Positions 1 to 7,202 of a stretch of DNA of 64,000 nt are shown here, piece after piece (position 1 is the stretch's first letter; the number at the start of each line of letters is the position of its first letter). Source of the DNA: Patescibacteria group bacterium (GTDB taxonomy: Bacteria; Patescibacteriota; Minisyncoccia; Phycocordibacterales; Phycocordibacteraceae); assembly GCA_019752595.1 (NCBI GenBank), contig JAIELV010000001.1:56486-120485 (forward strand), given 5' to 3'. The position numbers and the translations under genes were made by a program. The notes below the pieces were generated by a model. That model did no database searches and had not been told where the DNA came from. It saw only the letters and a program-made list of their open reading frames with translations.

Positions 1-263
1 AAAGCGTGGAGTACATTACCTTCTGCGCCAGATGCAAATCTGTATCCACTTGGATACAGTTGTTCGTCCCCATCAATATCTCTCACTCGAAACTCGTTTG
101 CCACCACCCGCACGCCGTCTGGAAACGGCTCCCTGCGCACGGCTTCTATGAGTTTGCCTTCGAGTGCAAACATTTCAGGAAACGATTTTCGGTGGCTTTG
201 TTCTCGCATGCGGCGAAGGTGAGAACGGTCGCCAAGTAGGTCAATTATTTTTTCTCTTTTCAT
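1..263 (-). CDS. Hypothetical protein, partial (runs off window start); downstream of the Thr attenuator
   Basis: Manual translation from ATG at 263: MKREKIIDLLGDRSHLRRMREQSHRKSFPEMFALEGKLIEAVRREPFPDGVRVVANEFRV..., no stop before position 1; family not recognised. Confidence 0.65.
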   Translation of the reverse strand, partial: MKREKIIDLLGDRSHLRRMREQSHRKSFPEMFALEGKLIEAVRREPFPDGVRVVANEFRVRDIDGDEQLYPSGYRFASGAEGNVLHA

Positions 264-282
264 GTTGTTTTTTGATTCAGAT

Positions 283-312
283 AAAGAAAAACCCCCTTCG
301 GGAGAAGGGGGT
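283..312 (-). terminator. Intrinsic terminator of the attenuator (3:4 helix)
   Basis: Minus strand ACCCCCTTC-TCCC-GAAGGGGGT followed by TTTTCTTT. Confidence 0.85.
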
Positions 313-338
313 GTATGGGGCACGAAATGTTTTTTACT

Positions 339-407
339 TCACGCCACAATAACCGCCTCCTCCGAGGTGGTAGTTGTAGTCGTGGTTGTGTTTGATCGGT
401 AACTCAC
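339..407 (-). CDS. Threonine-rich leader peptide (22 aa, MSYRSNTTTTTTTTSEEAVIVA)
   Basis: GTG start; 8 consecutive Thr codons ACA ACC ACG ACT ACA ACT ACC ACC; TGA stop just upstream of the terminator. Confidence 0.8.
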   Translation of the reverse strand: MSYRSNTTTTTTTTSEEAVIVA

Positions 408-413
408 TTTTTT

Positions 414-442
414 ACCGTATCGTATTGCAGGCAAAGGGTCAA
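414..442 (-). promoter_or_regulatory. Sigma70-type promoter for the Thr leader
   Basis: TTGACC-N17-TACGGT, then 6 nt to the GTG (leaderless geometry). Confidence 0.6.
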
Positions 443-3400
443 GTCTTCGAATCGGTTAGATTTTTTATTTTCTCAATCAACAACGATGGTGTACCGTTTC
501 TTCTGGTTATTTTTCCTTTCAGCAATACACACGTACCAGGGGTGAGCGCAGTTTGATATGTTTTAAATACTTCAGGAAATGCCACACCCTCAAGAGATGC
601 TTCTTTGTCAGCAACGGTGACGAATGCCATACGGTCGCCCTTTTTTGTGAAAATTGTTTTGACTGTCTCCACAACGCCCGCCACCGCAAGTGGGAAATTA
701 TTTCGCTCTTCAGCGCGAGCCACTTTTATTGACCCCTTAAAATCGCGAAGCGCAATCGCGAATTGATCCAAGGGATGCCCCGATACGTAAATTCCCAAAA
801 GTTCTTTTTCCCACGTCAGCATGTCCATTCTCGGCGCTTCAGGGGCGGGGAGGAGGCGTATCTCAGCGGATGCCGTGGGGAGTGCAAAAAGCATTGATTG
901 ATTTTTGGGCCCCGCCGATGAATCTTTGGCATACGCAAGCATGTGTTCTATGTTTCCAAGAAGTACTCCGCGCGTGCCAAATGCATCAAAGACTCCCGTT
1001 TTAATTAAGGCTTCAAGTGCGCGCTTGTTTGCCATGGAGCCCGACATACGGGTTAAAAAGTCCGACAGAGATTTGAATTTTCCGTTTTTTTCACGCTCAT
1101 CAATGATATTTTTTGCAGCGCCGTCACCGAAGTTTTTGATTGATGATAAACCGAAACGAATCATCCCGTGGGTGATGACGGTAAATGTTTCAAATGATTC
1201 ATTGACGTCAGGCGGCAAGACGCGAATACCAATTCGCTCGCATTCAGTCACGTGTTCTGCGATCGTCTCAACGTTGCCCGAATCCGCCGTCAAAAGTGCC
1301 GCCATGTAATCTTCTGTATGGTGCGCCTTCATGTACGCAGTCTGGTATGCCACACGGCCGTAGGATGCCGCGTGCGCTTTGTTGAATCCGTACGCGGCAA
1401 ACGGTTCAATCAACTTCCAAATTGATTCAGCTTTGTATCGCGTCAATTTCCCGTAACTGATGCAACCGTCAATGAATTTTTCTTTCTGCGCTTCCATCTC
1501 TGCGGGGATTTTCTTTCCCATGGCTTTGCGCAGGTTGTCTGCCTCAAGCCATGAGTAACCAGCTAAGGTGATTGCGGTCAAAAGCACATCGTCCTGATAG
1601 GTAATGATGCCGTAGGAGCGCTCTAGTAAGTCTTTCATGCGTGGGTCGATATGCTCAATTAACGCAGGGTTATGCTTTCTCTGAATGTAGGAGGGGATGG
1701 ATTCCATGGGGCCAGGGCGGTAGAGAGCCACCATGGCGTTAATGTCGTGAATAGAAGTGGGTTTTAGGTCTTTCAAAAAGTGGGTCACACCCGAACCACC
1801 GAGCTGAAACACGCCTTCGGTCTCACCTCGCGCGAGCATGGCGAACACTTTTTCATCATCAAGCGGAATATTTTCAATATCAACCTTTTCTCCTTTCCGT
1901 TTTTCTACACGTTCGACGGCGTCGCCTAACACAGAAAGGTTCTTGAGGCCCAGGAAGTCAAACTTCAGAAGCCCCGCGTCTTCAACTGCATGCATTTCGT
2001 ACTGCGTGATGACTGATTGTCCGTGCGGGTCGTACTGCACGGGCACGAAGTCGGTGACTGCGCTTGGCGCAATCACAATGCCCGCGGCATGAATTGAAAT
2101 GTGGCGCGCGTTACCTTCAATTTTTTTCGCAGTGTTGATAATAATTTCTGCGTCTTCGTCCGACTGATACAAATTTTTCAAATCCTCTTCGATCTCGAGT
2201 GCGCGGTCAATAGTCATCGGGAAACCTTGCGAGCCAAACGGAATCATTTTTGCGATTCTGTCACCAACGCCGTACGGATAACCGAGTGCGCGCGAAACAT
2301 CACGAACCGCGGCGCGCGCTGCCATCGTGCCGAAGGTACCGATTTGTGCGACCGCGTCGTCACCATAACGCTTCTTCGCATACGCAATCATTTCATCGCG
2401 TTTGTTGTCGGCAAAGTCCATGTCGACGTCTGGCGCTGAGGGGCGCTCGGGGTTTAAGAAACGTTCGAAGGGAAGTTTGTAAGCTATTGGGTCGACGTTC
2501 GTGATACCTGTTAAATAGGAGACCAGAGAACCTGCAGCCGAGCCTCGTGTTGTTGTCAGGATGCCGTTGTTTCTCGCGAACGAGAGCAGGTCAGACACGG
2601 TAAGAAAGTATGGGGAGTAGCCTTTTTTCGAAATAATTGAGAGTTCGTACACTAAACGTTTTTCGAAGTCTTCGTTCGGGGTAATACCGCGCCGCGTGAT
2701 TCCATCGCGCGCTGCTTTCTCCAATTCCGCGTCGTACGTTGTTCCTGAATCAATAGGGAATTTGGGAAACACCCATGCGCCCAAAGCGAGCTCAAGGTTA
2801 CAACGTTCTGCAATTTCAGCGGTGTTTTTTAATGCTTCAGGGAAATCGCGAAAGCGTTCCTCCGCAACTCCTTGGCTGATAAATGTGCGGTCGCCGTCGT
2901 CCGCCTCTGCGGATGGGTTTGCGATTTTTCGCACGATATCGCGCACGTTCTTATCTTCAGGTTTCATGTAGTACGTTGCGTCTGAGGCAACAAGAGGAAG
3001 CGAAAGTGCCTTCGCAACACCAGCGATGCGGAGCATGTGTTCGCGACCGTCATTCCAGCCTAAGCGCGCATAGACATTTTTTTTACCTAACGCAGTTCGC
3101 AATTCCTCCACGACAGCCTCGCTGCCGTGACCCAAAAGGGCAGTATCAGGAATGAGTGCAATTAATCCCGCACCGTGTTCGGTAATTATTTTCGAAGACA
3201 CGCGTGGGTTTGCCTGGTCAGATAATTGCGCTTTTGAAATTAATTTCAAGAGATTTTTGTAACCCGTTTCGTTTTCTGCGAGAAAAACAATATGGTTGTT
3301 TGCCCCTGCTATGTCGGCGTCTGCATCGACACCGAGTATCGGCTTCACCCCTGCTTTTTTTGCAGCTTTGTAAAACTCCATCGCACCATACAGGTTGTTG

Positions 3401-3525
3401 CGGTCGGTCAACGCCAACGCGGGCATACCATAGAACGCCGCCTGTTTTACCAAATCGTCTATTTGCGAAAGACCATCAAGGAGGCTGTAGTGACTGTGTG
3501 CGGATAAGTGTGAGAAGCCATTCAT
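439..3525 (-). CDS. dnaE: DNA polymerase III alpha subunit
   Basis: HSHYSLLDG, RGSAAGSLV, FERFLNPER, PDVDMDF, KFDFLGL, YGFNKAH motifs; start placed at MNGF (3525). Confidence 0.97.
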   Translation of the reverse strand: MNGFSHLSAHSHYSLLDGLSQIDDLVKQAAFYGMPALALTDRNNLYGAMEFYKAAKKAGVKPILGVDADADIAGANNHIVFLAENETGYKNLLKLISKAQLSDQANPRVSSKIITEHGAGLIALIPDTALLGHGSEAVVEELRTALGKKNVYARLGWNDGREHMLRIAGVAKALSLPLVASDATYYMKPEDKNVRDIVRKIANPSAEADDGDRTFISQGVAEERFRDFPEALKNTAEIAERCNLELALGAWVFPKFPIDSGTTYDAELEKAARDGITRRGITPNEDFEKRLVYELSIISKKGYSPYFLTVSDLLSFARNNGILTTTRGSAAGSLVSYLTGITNVDPIAYKLPFERFLNPERPSAPDVDMDFADNKRDEMIAYAKKRYGDDAVAQIGTFGTMAARAAVRDVSRALGYPYGVGDRIAKMIPFGSQGFPMTIDRALEIEEDLKNLYQSDEDAEIIINTAKKIEGNARHISIHAAGIVIAPSAVTDFVPVQYDPHGQSVITQYEMHAVEDAGLLKFDFLGLKNLSVLGDAVERVEKRKGEKVDIENIPLDDEKVFAMLARGETEGVFQLGGSGVTHFLKDLKPTSIHDINAMVALYRPGPMESIPSYIQRKHNPALIEHIDPRMKDLLERSYGIITYQDDVLLTAITLAGYSWLEADNLRKAMGKKIPAEMEAQKEKFIDGCISYGKLTRYKAESIWKLIEPFAAYGFNKAHAASYGRVAYQTAYMKAHHTEDYMAALLTADSGNVETIAEHVTECERIGIRVLPPDVNESFETFTVITHGMIRFGLSSIKNFGDGAAKNIIDEREKNGKFKSLSDFLTRMSGSMANKRALEALIKTGVFDAFGTRGVLLGNIEHMLAYAKDSSAGPKNQSMLFALPTASAEIRLLPAPEAPRMDMLTWEKELLGIYVSGHPLDQFAIALRDFKGSIKVARAEERNNFPLAVAGVVETVKTIFTKKGDRMAFVTVADKEASLEGVAFPEVFKTYQTALTPGTCVLLKGKITRRNGTPSLLIEKIKNLTDSKT

Positions 3526-3546
3526 TCGTACCAGTATAATGTTTGA

Positions 3547-4200
3547 GTGGCAGAAACGCATTCTTTGGGTTTCGCGCAGTCTAAGTACATCGTTGGTGTG
3601 GACGAGGTTGGTAGAGGGCCATTAGCTGGACCTGTGTCAGTCGGTATTGTCATTATTCCTGCAGCGCATGATATTTCACAGTATTTCGCGAAGCTTACTG
3701 ATTCAAAACAAATGACTGAAAAGGCGCGCGAAGCGACATGTGTTGAGGCGGAACTTTTGCAGAAGAATGGAACTATTTCATATGGTGTTTTTTCAAGCTC
3801 CGCAGAGCAGATAGATGAGTGGGGAATTGAGGCAGCAATTTCCGTTGCGATTGTAAAAGGAATTACAAAGCTCGCGCCGAAGCCTGAGGAGTGCGAAGTG
3901 TTTCTCGATGGGCGTTTGAAAGCGCCGAAGGAATACAAGCAGCAGGCAATTATTCGTGGTGATTCTTTAATTCCTGCGATTTCGCTCGCGTCCGTTGTTG
4001 CCAAAGTTTCCCGTGACCACTACATGGCAGGAATCATTCATCAGGAGTTTCCCGAATACGGATTTGATTCGCACAAGGGATACGGCACAGCCTCCCACAT
4101 ACGCGCCATCAAAGAACTTGGCCCGTCCTCAATTCACCGAAAGAGCTTTCTTTCAAATATATTGTCGAAGTCTGCAGGAGCAAGTACTATTGCTTCATGA
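3547..4200 (+). CDS. rnhB: Ribonuclease HII
   Basis: GVDEVGRGPLAGP, DSK, ASVVAKVSRD, KGYGT motifs. Confidence 0.96.
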   Translation: MAETHSLGFAQSKYIVGVDEVGRGPLAGPVSVGIVIIPAAHDISQYFAKLTDSKQMTEKAREATCVEAELLQKNGTISYGVFSSSAEQIDEWGIEAAISVAIVKGITKLAPKPEECEVFLDGRLKAPKEYKQQAIIRGDSLIPAISLASVVAKVSRDHYMAGIIHQEFPEYGFDSHKGYGTASHIRAIKELGPSSIHRKSFLSNILSKSAGASTIAS

Positions 4201-4574
4201 CTGATAACCAGCAGGTACCACAAGATCTTCCTGTCGACAAAGAGCTTGCCGAGCGAGTGACGTCCTTGTATGCGCAAGTAGATCAGGTGTTGGAAGAGTT
4301 GCGTGTGCCCGATGAAGAGAAGAAAGAGGTTGAAAAAAATCTGATGGAGGCAATTGCTGCAGATTTACTGGTTCGCCTTGGAGAAAAACTTTCTGATGAA
4401 GATAAACAGTCGCTCGCCTCAATAGGGGAATCGCTCCCACCAGGCTCGGAGCCCGACCTCGGTGCTGTTGCGGGGTTTTTCAGAGAGAAATTTTCTCAGG
4501 AAGAATTAGTACATGCACTTGCCGAAGCAACCGAAAGCGTCCTTGTCGAGTTTACCGAAGCTATGCGAAGGTAA
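4197..4574 (+). CDS. Acidic helical hypothetical protein
   Basis: 125-aa ORF overlapping the rnhB stop (ATGA). Confidence 0.75.
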   Translation: MTDNQQVPQDLPVDKELAERVTSLYAQVDQVLEELRVPDEEKKEVEKNLMEAIAADLLVRLGEKLSDEDKQSLASIGESLPPGSEPDLGAVAGFFREKFSQEELVHALAEATESVLVEFTEAMRR

Positions 4575-4587
4575 ACGAGAAGAGTTC

Positions 4588-4668
4588 ACGGGCTACGCAG
4601 ACGAGGGAAATACAAACATTGTATTTCCGAGGCGAGGACGCCCGTATCCTGTGCGGGTCCCGCGCAGG
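4588..4668. repeat. Structured intergenic element (nested hairpins)
   Basis: ACGGGC/GCCCGT enclosing GGAAATACAA/TTGTATTTCC; second hairpin CCTGTGCGG/CCGCGCAGG. Confidence 0.5.
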
Positions 4669-4756
4669 TTACTGAGGCAATGAGGCGCTAGACCAGCTGT
4701 TCAATACTTAGTATAGCACATTTGACAAATAGTACTTAATATGGTACTATAGGAAA

Positions 4757-4954
4757 ATGGCTATTGAAGGAGAAATAAATCCCAACTCAAATGCAGTCTC
4801 AAGCAAAGTTCTTGAGCTAGGCAAAATGCTTGCGGGCGCCGTCCTTGGCGGGGCGAGTGAAGCCGAGGAGGCTCGAATTCGTGATAGGTTTTTCGTTGCT
4901 CGATGGTACGAAACTGTCTGCTCTGAGGCAGACAAAGCACGCTGGACCAATTAA
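4757..4954 (+). CDS. Small hypothetical protein
   Basis: 65 aa; TTGACA-N17-TACTAT promoter directly upstream. Confidence 0.55.
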   Translation: MAIEGEINPNSNAVSSKVLELGKMLAGAVLGGASEAEEARIRDRFFVARWYETVCSEADKARWTN

Positions 4955-5012
4955 GACTCCTAACCTCGCTACGCTAGACATTTCAAGGCTTTTCGGTTAG
5001 TATCTCCTGACT

Positions 5013-5291
5013 ATGGTAGTACGAATGAGGCATACGCGCGCGCATACGGCTAACCGCCGTTCGCATCACGCGCTTAAAGGCACGCGCCTTACCACCTCAA
5101 AAGAGGGCACTGTCCACCCACGTCACCGAGTCCTTTTGGATGGTTCTACATACCGCGGACGCTCAGTTATGGATGCAGGCGCAAAACGCTTGGCACGCGC
5201 TCAGAAAGCCCAGAAACAGCGTGAACGCGAAGAAGGACCAGCTGAAAAGAAGACAGAAGAGAAGGTTGTAGAGAAAAAAGAAAAAAAATAG
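5013..5291 (+). CDS. rpmF: 50S ribosomal protein L32 (cysteine-free form)
   Basis: RHTRAHTANRRSHHAL...HPRHRV...YRGRSV; upstream of nusB-rnc-smc. Confidence 0.88.
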   Translation: MVVRMRHTRAHTANRRSHHALKGTRLTTSKEGTVHPRHRVLLDGSTYRGRSVMDAGAKRLARAQKAQKQREREEGPAEKKTEEKVVEKKEKK

Positions 5292-5299
5292 ATATCCCC

Positions 5300-5327
5300 G
5301 AACCCGTTTCCAACGGGTTCTTTCTTT
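5300..5327 (+). terminator. Intrinsic terminator after rpmF
   Basis: GAACCCGTT-TCC-AACGGGTTC-TTTCTTT. Confidence 0.8.
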
Positions 5328-5355
5328 GATACCGTACTAGTAGAAGCTCTTTCAT

Positions 5356-6237
5356 ATGGCATCCCGACACCTATCACGCTCTGTAGTGTTGCAAACGCTC
5401 TTTGAGAGCGACATGCAAAACACCCTCTCTTTGGAGAGCGCAAAAGCCATATTGAAGAGAAACCTCGAAGAATATTCCTTGGGCGATACTGATCGTCCGT
5501 TTGCCGACGCTCTGCTTACAGGAGTTTTGGGAAAACGTGAAGAGGTAGACGCTATTATCCAAAAAGCTGCTCCGCAGTGGCCACTGGACAAAATCGCGCC
5601 TGTTGACCGCAACGTGCTTCGTATTGGCCTGTATGAGCTTTTGTTTGGGGACCGCGATGCAACACCACCAAAAGTCGCACTGAACGAAGCAATTGAACTT
5701 GGGAAATCGTACGGCGGGGATTCTTCAGGAAAATTTGTGAACGGCGTTTTGGGAGCGGTGTATCGTGAAATAGGCGAGCCAGGCAAAGCCGATGCAATAA
5801 AAGTGCCCGTACCCTTGCCACACGAAGCGCTGGGCGGTGTGGTGTTGACCGCAGTTGTTGATGGGGTGACTCACATCGCTCTGGTACACGATATTTTCGG
5901 ACGATGGACACTGCCAAAAACAAAATGCCAGGAAAATGAACTTTCAGACGCTGCCGCAACGCGTGCTTTAAAGGAAGAGCTGGGGGTCGCGAGTGTGCTT
6001 TCGGAGCCTTTGGGAGAACATGAGTACATAGCACATGAACCCACAACAGGAAGGATTGTGCGCACCGTGGGATACTTTCTTGCGAAAGTAGAAACACTTA
6101 TAAAGTTAAAGTGTAAAGAGTGCAAAGGAATCACTGAGGCGAAATGGTTTTCAGAAGAGGAAATTCCGCGCATCCCGACGTATAATGACCTCCTTCCGAT
6201 TATTGAATCCGCACTCGTGGCAGCAAAAAGAGCATGA
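5356..6237 (+). CDS. nusB: NusB fused to a C-terminal Nudix-fold domain
   Basis: N-terminal RHLSRSVVLQTLF, DRNVLR, NEAIELGK, FVNGVLG; C-terminal WTLPK...RALKEELGV. Confidence 0.9.
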   Translation: MASRHLSRSVVLQTLFESDMQNTLSLESAKAILKRNLEEYSLGDTDRPFADALLTGVLGKREEVDAIIQKAAPQWPLDKIAPVDRNVLRIGLYELLFGDRDATPPKVALNEAIELGKSYGGDSSGKFVNGVLGAVYREIGEPGKADAIKVPVPLPHEALGGVVLTAVVDGVTHIALVHDIFGRWTLPKTKCQENELSDAAATRALKEELGVASVLSEPLGEHEYIAHEPTTGRIVRTVGYFLAKVETLIKLKCKECKGITEAKWFSEEEIPRIPTYNDLLPIIESALVAAKRA

Positions 6238-6959
6238 ACGCACCTCAGAAAGACATTGTTGAAAAATTTGCCGTACGTTCAGGGGTGACGTTTAAAGATG
6301 CGTCGCTTTTGGAAACTGCACTCACGCACCGCTCATACTTAAATGAAACGCGCGCCAGCGCGCGTGCGCTAGGCACGCACCGTACGCACAACGAACGTTT
6401 GGAATTTTTGGGTGACGCAGTATTGGAACTTGCGGTTACAGATTATCTCTTTCGTGCGTTCCCAGAATCTGATGAAGGTACGCTCACCAGTTACCGTGCC
6501 GCACTCGTGAACGCGGTCATGCTCGGTGGTATTGCTGAAGGTTTAGGTATAAACGAATTTTTACTTCTTTCTAAAGGTGAATCGCGTGACACAGGAAGAG
6601 CTCGCCAAACGATTCTTGCAAACGCGTTTGAAGCCGTCGTTGGTGCGGTGTATTTAGACCAAGGCTACGAGGCAGCGTATGGATTCATCGAACGCCACGT
6701 ACTTTCAAAAGTCGACGAAATGGTAAAAAGTGGAGCATGGCGCGACGCAAAGAGTGAATTTCAGGAATTGGCGCAAGCAAAGTATGGACTCACGCCGAAA
6801 TACGACACGGTGAGCGCAGACGGCCCCGATCACGACAAACGTTTCGTAATCTCGGTTTCCGTGGGTGACGTCGCTATTGCTGAAGGTGAGGGGAAATCAA
6901 AGCAGGAAGCGGAGCAGGAAGCTGCAAAAAAGGCTCTTACCGAAGAGAAAAAGAAGTAG
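6234..6959 (+). CDS. rnc: Ribonuclease III
   Basis: ALTHRSY, NERLEFLGDAVL, C-terminal dsRNA-binding domain (GPDHDKRF, GKSKQEAEQ). Confidence 0.97.
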   Translation: MNAPQKDIVEKFAVRSGVTFKDASLLETALTHRSYLNETRASARALGTHRTHNERLEFLGDAVLELAVTDYLFRAFPESDEGTLTSYRAALVNAVMLGGIAEGLGINEFLLLSKGESRDTGRARQTILANAFEAVVGAVYLDQGYEAAYGFIERHVLSKVDEMVKSGAWRDAKSEFQELAQAKYGLTPKYDTVSADGPDHDKRFVISVSVGDVAIAEGEGKSKQEAEQEAAKKALTEEKKK

Positions 6960-6992
6960 TTCGAGTGTGGTTTCAATTGGTATAATTTCCGC

Positions 6993-7181
6993 ATGAGCAA
7001 AACGGGATTGGAGGCCATACAGCACGCTCTACTTGTTGCTAAAGGTGCATTTCTTATGAACCGTTGGATACGGAGGAGGTCTCAGGGGGAAATGACGAAG
7101 GTGCGCGGATCGGATTTGGGAGCCCTCAGCGCTTACTCTGACGTCGTTATAAATAGATTTATCAACGAAAGGGGCGAGTAA
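6993..7181 (+). CDS. Small hypothetical protein
   Basis: 62 aa; TGGTATAAT 6 nt before the ATG. Confidence 0.5.
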   Translation: MSKTGLEAIQHALLVAKGAFLMNRWIRRRSQGEMTKVRGSDLGALSAYSDVVINRFINERGE

Positions 7182-7202
7182 AAGCTGTCCTATAATACCT
7201 CC

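Noticed and set aside
333-400. Alternative minus-strand frame of the leader reading HNHDYNYH (all queuosine-tRNA codons)
   Set aside because: This frame has no ATG/GTG/TTG start after the upstream stop. The NAC run is the shifted reading of the ACN (Thr) run, whose frame has a GTG correctly placed after the promoter.
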